The position numbers were made by a program, and so were the translations under genes. A model generated the notes under the pieces. The model searched no databases. It saw only the letters and a program-made list of their open reading frames with translations, and was not told the origin of the DNA. A DNA stretch of 63,651 nt, the filler included, from Vannella sp. (lineage: Eukaryota): assembly GCA_023345925.1 (NCBI GenBank). It is 8 parts of 8 records of this genome, joined end to end, with 100 filler letters (N's around TTAATTAATTAA, not from the genome) between each part and the next. Parts side by side here need not be neighbours in the genome. Positions count along the whole stretch, not along the records: positions 18,969 to 26,205 come from JAJQQN010001221.1; positions 26,306 to 36,619 come from JAJQQN010000993.1; 6 more parts are not named here. The stretch is one strand, 5' to 3'. Below are positions 22,305 through 31,238 of the stretch, one piece after another. Position 1 is the first letter of the stretch; each line of letters opens with the position of its first letter.

Positions 22305-23042
22305 ATGGGAGCCCTTCTGTCATGCTTGTTCCCTGAACCAAAGGTTTCCATTGAAGACTTGGACCAGAGACTTCAGAAGTTTGATGAGGAGAACAAGAGG
22401 CTCCAAGAGAGCGTGGACACTTTGCATGCAGAGAACGACAGACTCAAAGGCATTGCTGACCAGTTCGAAGCGCAAACTCAGCAGCTTACTGAAGAAGTCA
22501 CCAAGTTCACAGAGGAGAACACCAAGTTGTCTGAGAACGTGTCTACTTTCCAAGAGCAAAACAACAAGCTGAAGGACCTCTCTGACCAACTCCATGAAGA
22601 GAACGACAAGTTCTCTCAAGAGCTGAAGAGTATGAGAAGCACCTTGCAAGGTCTTGAGACTGTCAAGCAGACTCTGGAAACCTACGCGAAGGAGAACATG
22701 CAAGACCTCGGCAACGTGATCAACTCTTTGAATGAAACCCTCGATGAGCAAAGAAACTGCGTGAAGAAGCAATCTGCTCTTCTGAAGCAGGCTAAGGCTG
22801 TCACTTCAAGCCAGGAGAAGATCTTGTTGATGCAACTTCAATCCCAATGCCAGTTCATGGATGGACAGATGGACATGTCCCATCAAGAGTTTGAGATGTT
22901 CGTACACATGATCCCCGCCAAGTTCCGCAACACTCCCGTCGGGCTCGAGTTTGATAGCATTGACGCCGACAAGGACGGAAAGATCAGCATGCGCGAGTTC
23001 CATGATCTGGTAGACAAGCTCGTCGCTACGATCCCCGAGTAA
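22305..23042 (+). CDS. Coiled-coil plus C-terminal EF-hand protein, paralog B
   Basis: N-terminus MGALLSC (myristoylation consensus MGxxxS), heptads and EF loop DADKDGKISMRE. Colinear with paralog A. Confidence 0.87.
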   Translation: MGALLSCLFPEPKVSIEDLDQRLQKFDEENKRLQESVDTLHAENDRLKGIADQFEAQTQQLTEEVTKFTEENTKLSENVSTFQEQNNKLKDLSDQLHEENDKFSQELKSMRSTLQGLETVKQTLETYAKENMQDLGNVINSLNETLDEQRNCVKKQSALLKQAKAVTSSQEKILLMQLQSQCQFMDGQMDMSHQEFEMFVHMIPAKFRNTPVGLEFDSIDADKDGKISMREFHDLVDKLVATIPE

Positions 23043-23134
23043 TAAAGATCCTCCCAGACTCTCAACCCGATCGACTTCCTCGACAGAGGGGCGGCAAGCT
23101 CGGTCTAACCAGCCTTCCCACCCGTACAACGTTG

Positions 23135-24077
23135 TCATCGTGAAGGAAGTTGTTGAAAGAGCCACTGAGCGAAAGAGCGGAAAGCTGTCTGATACCAGAT
23201 GAAGCAATGCGGAGCGCAGATGGATGGACAAGCATCTCGAGAGGTTTGCGTTGTTGAGACCAAGAGGTTCCGATATCCATCCACAGGAGAGCATCCGCCT
23301 TGTACATACCTTTCAAAGGCGTGAGTAGATCGGCAGAAGACCCTTGGAACAAGTAGAAGTGGCAACTCACATCACATAAAGGAAGGCATCTCGCTCACGT
23401 CCATGGATGAGGTAGAAGTTCACAAGCTGGAGGCGCTTGTGGAATCCGTTCCTTTCATAGAAGAGCTGAGCTGTCCTGAAGGTCCAAGGGAGTGGTCAAA
23501 AGGGGCAATTGCGGAGAGTCGGGAGGAACTAACGTGTTGGTGTCCAGGACGTGAAGAAAGATGGCTCTAATCGATGAAGGGATCTGGTTGTGGATGAAGC
23601 GAAGCAGTTTGGTGCCAATGGAGCGGCGCTGATAAGCTTGGTCGACTACCAAAGTCATAATGTACAAAAGCTCCCCGCCCTCCCATTGGCAATCCACGAT
23701 ATGATGTTGCTGCAGGCCATGTTAGTGAGTGAGACTTCTCAACTCCCTTTCTGCGCACCCGCGAGTTGTATTGGCTCTCCACGCGTCCGATGCACACTCC
23801 GATCAGATGTTCGCCCTCGATACACACGGCTGTGATCAAGCCAGAGGCTGGGGACACCATTCGATCATAGTAGCTGTCTTTGTACCTGGCCAGGAGGGCT
23901 CTGAGTCGGTGGAGAGGGTTGCTCTGGCAGGTCTTCTCACCTCACCGGCAAACCAGCTTCGTGAAGGTCTCGAAGGCGCTCTTTATCCTCTGGCAAGACC
24001 CTACGAAGACGCGTTTCGCTAAAGGGGGCTCCCACTCGCGCTAAAAGGGCTTCTTGGGCCTCTTCCAGTCCAAACAT
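23135..24077 (-). CDS. NAA60: GNAT N-terminal acetyltransferase, NAA60-like (multi-exon; ends approximate)
   Basis: LYIMTLVVDQAYQRRSIGTKLL (AcCoA motif), RAIFLHVLDTN, FYERNGF..VNFYLIHG and YVQGGCSP (compare YVNGG.SP of NAA60). Confidence 0.7.
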
Positions 24078-24311
24078 GCAAAAAGGCGGGAACAAGTAAT
24101 GAGGAACCTCTCACTAAATCACGGGATGATATGCTACTAGTAATGGGGAGATCTGATCTATGTTCAGCGCTGAGGTGAAAAACAATGTCATCAAGATTTT
24201 ACTCAGATATTTGTGCCTCCTACGCCTGATTGGTGCCTTTACGTTCTCTCAAGACAAACGATTCAGTTTCACACTTTTCCCGGCCATTTGGGTGCTCATT
24301 GACGCCATCTT

Positions 24312-24472
24312 GACTTCGAACTTCTTCTCCAACTCTCCTATCTTCGCGTCATCTTCGCGTCCATCTTCGCATCCATGGCCTCCAGCAGCTTCCCATTCGA
24401 AGAGAGTTGGAGAAGAACCTGAATGCGAAGACGGACGAGAAGACAGGAGAGTTGGAGAAGAAGTTCGAAGCC
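24312..24472. repeat. Intergenic inverted repeat / fold-back hairpin
   Basis: 24314-24339 CTTCGAACTTCTTCTCCAACTCTCCT is the exact reverse complement of 24445-24470. Pairing extends inward to about 50 bp with few mismatches and an 11-nt bulge. Confidence 0.9.
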
Positions 24473-24661
24473 AACCATCAGTTTGCGACGCAACAAGATG
24501 TGAGGAAATGAATCCTTCCAGTTTCCCTCGAAGGAACCCAATGATTAAAGCTCCATCAATACCTCCCAAGACAACGAACCCCTTTATCGGTCGGTTAAGG
24601 AGGCAAAGGAACATGAAGGAGGCATTTACTACTCCACAAGAGACGACAGGGAAGGTGTGCT

Positions 24662-26116
24662 TTAGGCAGAGAAGCTTGCGAAGCTGCTGAATCCACTTGC
24701 AGAGATGCCAGCAGCGTAGGCGTGTTTCTTGTCTAGATTGAGGGAGGGAGTGAGGGAGGGATGAAGGAAGAGGCAGGAAGTGCGTACCGGTTGTAGAGAG
24801 ATCAAATGGAAGGAAGTTCTCAATCTGGGAGTCAAGGGTCCACGTCAAGCCGTCTGTGGTCTTGTAGAACTGGCCTTGGAGTTTGCCTTGGAAGTCTCCC
24901 TCAACGAGGGCACCACCAACCCAACCAAAGGTGGAGCTAAGCATCTATGAGAAGCAGTGAGTACTCAAAGAGACGCTTTCAACAACTCTCGTACGCTGAC
25001 AGAGGTCAAAGAGCCACCGGGGACGGTCAACTGGACGGTGTAGGAGGCCCAAGCGTTGTTGGTGTAGTAAACAGATGCAGTAGCATTGCCATGGGCATCC
25101 ACGCCCTCGAGAACGGCCCAGCAGGTGTTGATGTCGGTGCAATCGATCTCGTTGAAGTAAAGTCCTTCGTTGGTCTGGTTCAGGACGATCTTCCACGTGT
25201 TGCCGTTATTGGAGACGGCAGCAATCAAGGCAGAGTATCCCAAGAGGTAGGGGCTGCTGGCTTGCTCCGCACGACGGTCATGGAAGTGTACCCGGCGAGT
25301 GAGAGAGTCTGCAGGCCTTGTAAGGGACCCTTTCAAGCACAAAGAAGGAAAAGACTTACTCAGAGACAGATGGCGGGTCAAAGGGAACTCGGTACGGAGG
25401 GATTCAGCGGTGCGGACGTTGGAAGCATCTTCAGCCCAGATACCAGCCGTGACGTAGCCAGCATCCTTGCTGAGGAAGCTGCCATAGCGTACAGGGATGT
25501 TGTTAGTATCTCCGTTGATCTCATCCCAAGTCTGGCCTCCGTCTGTGGTGATTTTGATGCCGTTGCCGGAGAAGTCGCGTCGGTCAGACCAAGAGCCGAT
25601 GAGGACAGCAGTTAGACCATCATCAACAGTGGAGACACCTTGGAATGCGCAGAAGAGGGAGCTAGTGGGCCTGTGAGCCTCATTGTTGAGGGAGAGGAGA
25701 GGAAGCGCTTCTTACGAGGACTCTTTCAGTTTGTACCAGTTCTGTCCGTCATTGGTGGTGGCACCACAAGGTAGAGATACAAAGCCAAGGCCACCAGCAA
25801 CACCCCACGTGGGGCTCCCCATACGGAGGGAGAGGAGAGTGCCAATGGTGGAATCGTTCATTCCATGGTTGGTGAAGGAGGAGCCTCCATTATCGGTGCT
25901 ATTACACACGAGTCAGTGAACGAGAGTGGCAAGGAAGAAGAGCAATGCGTACTAAAGAAACAGAGGTTGAGCAGAGCCGCTTCCGCCAGCAACAATTCCA
26001 ACATTGTTCGCAGTGAACGAAGTGGCCAACGCAATGGTCCCATCATCCTTCTTAACAACAGTCCAGGTGCAAACTACGAAGGAGACCAAGCAAAGAGCCA
26101 CCAACAGAGTCTTCAT
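24662..26116 (-). CDS. Secreted BNR/Asp-box beta-propeller protein (multi-exon)
   Basis: Signal peptide MKTLLVALCLVSFVVC. Asp-boxes TDNGGSSF, TNDGQNW, TTDGGQTW, SNNGNTW and TTDGLTW. Confidence 0.85.
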
Positions 26117-26159
26117 AACGGAGAAGCAAAACAAATGGCCCATTTCCATTCCTCCGTTG

Positions 26160-26190
26160 ATTGGTCCAATCAAAGGTCTGGTCACGTGAC
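26160..26190. promoter_or_regulatory. Paired CCAAT boxes plus palindromic E-box GTCACGTGAC
   Basis: ATTGGTCCAAT at 26160-26170 and GTCACGTGAC at 26181-26190, about 45-75 nt upstream of the BNR gene ATG. Confidence 0.5.
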
Positions 26191-26205
26191 ATTGGGTTTT
26201 GGTGT

Positions 26206-26305
26206 NNNNNNNNNNNNNNNNNNNNNNNNNNNNNNNNNNNNNNNNNNNNTTAATTAATTAANNNNNNNNNNNNNNNNNNNNNNNNNNNNNNNNNNNNNNN
26301 NNNNN
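26206..26305. other. Artificial contig linker
   Basis: N44-TTAATTAATTAA-N44. Confidence 0.99.
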
Positions 26306-26466
26306 TCGATCATCATTCGCCCATCTTTACTCTCTTCCTCATCATCCTGCTCATCACGCGGCTTCAAGTTCTCCAACCAAGCCTCTTCTTCCTCAGCTAG
26401 ATCATCCTCATCGTCCAATTCCGGGCCAATGTAGTTGCCGAACTCATCATACAGCGTATCTTCCAT
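26306..26466 (-). CDS. EFTUD2: U5 snRNP 116 kDa GTPase (Snu114), N-terminus only
   Basis: MEDTLYDEFGNYIGPEL followed by an acidic tract is the diagnostic N-terminus. Truncated at the contig end. Confidence 0.92.
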
Positions 26467-26688
26467 AGCACCTGCAACTGTGCGTTCAATAACAAGAGGA
26501 ACTGTTGCCTCCCTCGGTTGGCAACCAAAGAATGACCCATTTTTCGACCAATGAGATGGGCGGAAACCGCATTTTCTGGAATCTGATTGGCTAATGGGGT
26601 AAACCCTTCTGGGCCTTCGTTTAGGTTGAGTGGGGATGGTTTATGGAGCAGTGGTCAATTGTATCATCAAAGGAAGTCAGGTGTACGC

Positions 26689-27884
26689 TCAGAGAGTGAT
26701 CAACTCTGTCAAGCAGGCAGGAAGGGGCGGGAAAAAGGCTTCCATTGGCAAGACCGCGTTCTCGGAGAAGAAGAGGAGCCCAATGCTGAGAGCACATGCA
26801 GTGGATAGCACATACAGCGATTCTGTGAAGGGAATGGAGTCTGCTAGGGCATTCTGTTTGGTCCACCACTTGGGGCTGTTCAAACGGAGGGATTGCCACC
26901 ACCGGAACGGTAGAACGGCACAGTACGACATGCGAACAATAGATGGCATGGGTACCTGAGGTACTATCAGGGCGTAGGTCACCAGAGTCAATGCGTTATG
27001 GATGTCGACCGCCTTCTCCTCCCCCACTATCACCACTGAGGTGATCTTACCGCCTTTAGCATCACCAAGGCGATCGGGTATGTTCATGACTATCATACGC
27101 AATGCACTGACAAGGAAGAAGGGAACAAGGCACTGAGCAAATGCGAGATCCAATCGTCCCCCTTGAATAAGTAGTCCCACGCCGGGGGTAGCAAACGTAA
27201 GGACTTGTCCAACGTTAGCTACAACACAAAGGAGCTTTCTTCTTACGTACCATACGAGACAGCGACCTCTCCAAGCCCGTTTGCAGAAAAGTGGAGTGGA
27301 GGAAGGGAGTAGGAGATGGCTACGAAGAGGACACTCCATCCCAAAAGCACGAAGTGCCAGGGAAACTGCTCAGAGACCATAACTGCGAGGACACGCGCTG
27401 GTGTGAGGAGAGAGACGAACTCGGCGATCCCTTCGGCTGCCAGAACTTCCTCAGGCAGCAGACCCGGAGTCAGACTGACGAAACGATACACCGTAACCAC
27501 ACCAGAGGCAAAGGCGATCACAAAGGTCACCGTACCGCACGCTGCTGCGACCCAGTTCGGGAGCCATCCTTTGGCCAGGACCTTCGATCCTCCTGTCCAC
27601 GAGGTGGCGTTCTGGTTCATACGGTCGACTTCTACATCAGCATACTCGTTCCAGAAGTGAGTCATCACGTGGGTGGTCCAGATTGTCAGCTGCAGAAGGC
27701 CAAACAGTGGCCAGTCAATCGACAAGCCTTGCTGCGAGGCGCCATACGCCACCCCGACCATGTGACATGCCAAGCTATACACCAGAAACTTGATACGGCC
27801 CAAACGGATGATCTTCATCAACACAGAAGCCTCTGCCCATCCGTCCTGGACTCTCTGAGCCTCGCCTTTGGTCGGCTTCTTCAT
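26689..27884 (-). CDS. UbiA-superfamily (MenA-like) integral-membrane prenyltransferase or UbiA-type terpene cyclase
   Basis: RLGRIKFL; first Asp-rich motif THFWNEYADVEVDRMN..WTGGSKVL; YSLPPLHFSANGLGE; second motif NIPDRLGDAKGGKITSVV; multiple TM helices. One 47-nt intron (27204-27250) restores the frame (..VSY/VLTF..). Confidence 0.92.
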
Positions 27885-27976
27885 AAGAATGAAGACTCTC
27901 CCTCATATCACCGATTGCACACCTCAGGGAGACGAATGGAAGCCCCCTTTTGGACATTTCCCCTTCCTTCGCCCTC

Positions 27977-29344
27977 ATGACGGAGGAGGTGGAGGTGGCG
28001 ATCGTTGGAGCGGGGCTGGGAGGCCTTTCTTTGGGTATAGCACTGAAGAAGATGGGTGTGAAAGGCCGAGTGGTGGTCTTTGAGGCGCGGGGCGATGCGG
28101 AGTGCGAGAGTGGGCAAGGAATGAGTGTCATCGGGCACTCATTAGTTCTCCTTCGCGAGCTGGGGCTCCATCTCCAGCAAGTAGGCGAAGCACAGAGTAA
28201 CATCAGCCTTAGAGCTGCTGCTAGAGCTAACCAGGTCCTCTATCAAGTCCCCCTGCAAGCTGACACCTCTCTCGCGGCAGAGTTCGAGAACACAGTCCAG
28301 TACAACGTGCAGCGAGGGGATCTCTTCCGTGAGCTGATCTCTCTATACAAGCTCAGCGGTGGCGAGCTACGGACGAACCATCGCCTCGCTGCTTTGGAGG
28401 TGGATCCGACAGGAGGACCTGTCCTTGCGCGGTTCGTTGGGGACATCGAGCCAGTGACATGCCATATGGTAGTAGGGGCAGATGGTGTCCATTCTGTTGT
28501 TCGCCGCTATGTCCTGGCCAAGTCCTGCAGCGATGTATTGAATGCTACCGCTGCTTCTCGCCAGTATCTTCGGGACAGTGGCTACAGCTGCTGGCGAGGG
28601 ATTCTAGAGGATACAGAAGAGATATCAAAGCCTCTTGGAGGCAAAGTGATGTTCAAGACAGTCGTCAGCCCAGCAGGAACTTCATTCACTTCCGGAACAG
28701 CCAAAAACAAGCGATTCTGGCTTCTTGATGTGTCCGGCACACGCCGTCCTCATACAAGAGCACTCGAACGACACCAAGGCACCGTTTTTGAACCAAAAGA
28801 CACTCAGGGCTCTGACCTAATCGAAGAGATTGTCTCGGCCATGGAAGGATTTGCACCAGAAATGATTAATGTGGTGAAAGCAACCGATCCAGCTTCCATT
28901 ATTACCACTGATGTGTTTGACGGCCGATTGAGCGCGTTGCGTCGGTCGTCCAATGGACGGCTGGTGCTGATTGGCGATGCGGCCCATCCTGTCGTCCATC
29001 ACTTTGGTCAAGGCGCGTGTACCGCCTTTGAGGATGCCATCGCCCTTGCGATGTCTGTAGATAAGATAGGAGTGGATCGGATAACAACATCAGCGCATCT
29101 AATGACTTTTGACTTTGATAGCTGGCCTCGATGGCTCAGATGTAGCGCCATTCTACTCCTCTCACGAACATGCGGGGCGTTATATATGAGCCATTGGACG
29201 GCAATCACTCACCCTTTCCTCACCATCTGCCTCAGCTGGCCAATGTGTGTGGCTTTCACTCTCCTCGTCCGACTTCTCCTCTTTGCTTGCGGTTCCCATC
29301 TGCGCCAGTTCGCTGTTGATCGCCTGAGGAAGGCGAGCTGTTAA
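27977..29344 (+). CDS. Group A FAD-dependent monooxygenase (hydroxylase/epoxidase) with a hydrophobic C-terminus
   Basis: VAIVGAGLGGL, VGADGVHSVVR (DG motif) and LIGDAAHPVVHHFGQGACTAFEDA (GD motif). C-terminal hydrophobic helices. Single exon. Confidence 0.92.
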   Translation: MTEEVEVAIVGAGLGGLSLGIALKKMGVKGRVVVFEARGDAECESGQGMSVIGHSLVLLRELGLHLQQVGEAQSNISLRAAARANQVLYQVPLQADTSLAAEFENTVQYNVQRGDLFRELISLYKLSGGELRTNHRLAALEVDPTGGPVLARFVGDIEPVTCHMVVGADGVHSVVRRYVLAKSCSDVLNATAASRQYLRDSGYSCWRGILEDTEEISKPLGGKVMFKTVVSPAGTSFTSGTAKNKRFWLLDVSGTRRPHTRALERHQGTVFEPKDTQGSDLIEEIVSAMEGFAPEMINVVKATDPASIITTDVFDGRLSALRRSSNGRLVLIGDAAHPVVHHFGQGACTAFEDAIALAMSVDKIGVDRITTSAHLMTFDFDSWPRWLRCSAILLLSRTCGALYMSHWTAITHPFLTICLSWPMCVAFTLLVRLLLFACGSHLRQFAVDRLRKASC

Positions 29345-29422
29345 ACCAAACTTGACTGACACTTTGTGACTCTTCCTGAGACTGGGCTGATCCTGGCGCG
29401 GCCAACTCCTGCAAAAGAGGGT

Positions 29423-31160
29423 TTATTCGATAGTGAGTCGCTGCATGATAAGTGAGTCCAACTCAGGAAGACCAGCAGAGGCTATTGTAGCTATGATATC
29501 ATCGCGAAGTCCAAGCAGGAAGGTTCGGGTGTAGGGCAGGGCTTCGGTGTCTGTAATCCACGAGCAGGCCTCATGAAGATCCTCGTCAGACAGCTCCTCT
29601 TCTCTCTCATACAGCGCCATCAGATCTTGATAGCGCCCCAAGCGCTGCCGGACCATATGAATGACTGGAAAGGAGAACTTCTTCTCGTGCAGGTCGTCAC
29701 AGAAACCCTTTTCCTCCCAGTAGGATTTGCTCGTCAGATTGATGTAATCATCACGCACCTGGAAGAAGACGCCAATTTGGTCAAACAGGTGGCAGATGGA
29801 ACGTTCTGTTTGGGATGGGAGTGACTTAGTCACTGTTGCGACTTCGATAGTGCGAACCGCATCACTGGAACGGTATCCGGAAGCAAGCGTTGGTGATTGG
29901 GACTTTGCTATTGAGTTCAAGTGGTGCTCCAGTGTAGCAGGAGCAATGATTGGCTTGAGTAGGAACATCCCAGCCCCCAGGAAACCCAAAAAGTTCAAGA
30001 AAAGGAGCATCCAGCGGAGAAGTACTTCGAACACTCTTTGCAATTGGAGGCGCCAATCGGAGCAATGAAGGAAGAAGAGAGCAGCAATCATGATAAAGGG
30101 AGTAGAAGTCTTACCCCGAATCATCCCGATGTACTCCTCCTCAGTGGGACAGTGCCGGTGGTCCCGCCAATAGATATCCAAGCCCTGCCCTTGGTGACCA
30201 GAGACGCACCCATGCAGCAAGAGCTCCCTTGACTTGTCATGGTGGTCACGGAACATGTGTGGCACCGAATCGAGCATCTTAAACATGCAAAGATACGCTG
30301 AATTGAGTGTGAGCGGCGTCCCGAACTCCAGGTACGCGCATTTCGAGTCTCTGCGCAACATGGAAGCGTCTTCGATATCATCAATGACCAAGGACACTTC
30401 GTGGACCCTCTCTACACAGTACTGCAACGACGCCAAGTCCCCAGGATCGATCCGGAAGTGTTTGGCGAGTACCAAGAAGCTCTGTCCCCGTACACCCTTG
30501 CCCTGTCGGTCAAACGTGTACATCATTGGATCAAGAAGGGCAAAGTCCACCAAATCGTCATGCCGATACGATCGGACATCTGTCGAGCCGGCTGGGTAGG
30601 CTCTGGGAGTGCTCTTGGCTGCTCGTTTGAGTTGTGAAGCAAGTGGACGGTACAGAGACGCTATCGTTGTCATATCATCGTCCAAGAGAGCCTTCTTTCC
30701 ATTGCTTGAAGCGAGAGAAGAGCGCAAGTCGTCCAGGGAGGCTTGATCAAGCGTGATCCATTGGCTGTGAGACTGTAAGAAGGAATCAAGTTGACTGTCA
30801 TTGAAGCACGCGAAGAAGAGGAAGTGGAAGCGGTCGCTCTTCTCTGGTAAGATGCTGACGAGCGCTGGAGCTTGATCCTGTGGAAGACCCGCATTCGTAA
30901 GCGTAGAAGTAGCTAACTGGAGTATACACGGAGTATCCAACGACACCTCCGATGCCACAGCAACCCCAAGAAGCTTCGCACCAGCATCCAACAACGTCAC
31001 CGGCTCCGAGTACTGTCTCAGAAGCACCCGCCCGCTCTCTGACACCACCAACACACTCAAGCGAACACCTTGTATCAACGTCTGCGTCAGGTATGGCCTC
31101 ATCCACAAGGGGATCAGTGTAATGCCCCAAAACCCTGCCAGCCCGCAGTTTTGAGGGCAT
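29423..31160 (-). CDS. Type III-like geranylgeranyl diphosphate synthase with an N-terminal Nudix/IDI-like extension and an internal hydrophobic insert
   Basis: GKGVR, FARM SLVIDDIEDASMLRR, GQGLDIYWRD, CPTEEEY..GKT, SARM FQVRDDYIN and KGFCDDLHEKKFSFPVIH. The start is either ATG 31102, or ATG 31160 via a putative 52-nt intron. Confidence 0.92.
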
Positions 31161-31238
31161 CCTTCTAGTCACTTCCAGGAAGTTCCTTTTTAATCAAAGA
31201 AGCTAGAAAATAGAGTAAAAGTAATTTTATTGGCTTTG

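Noticed and set aside
24249..24944. 231-aa - strand ORF as a single protein
   Set aside because: Its 5' part is an exon of the BNR gene, and the rest is intron read-through plus the intergenic hairpin.
24947..25615. 222-aa + strand ORF and many similar short ORFs in the track (e.g. 27291-27980, 22320-22772)
   Set aside because: These are antisense or alternate-frame shadows of well-supported genes, with no independent motifs.
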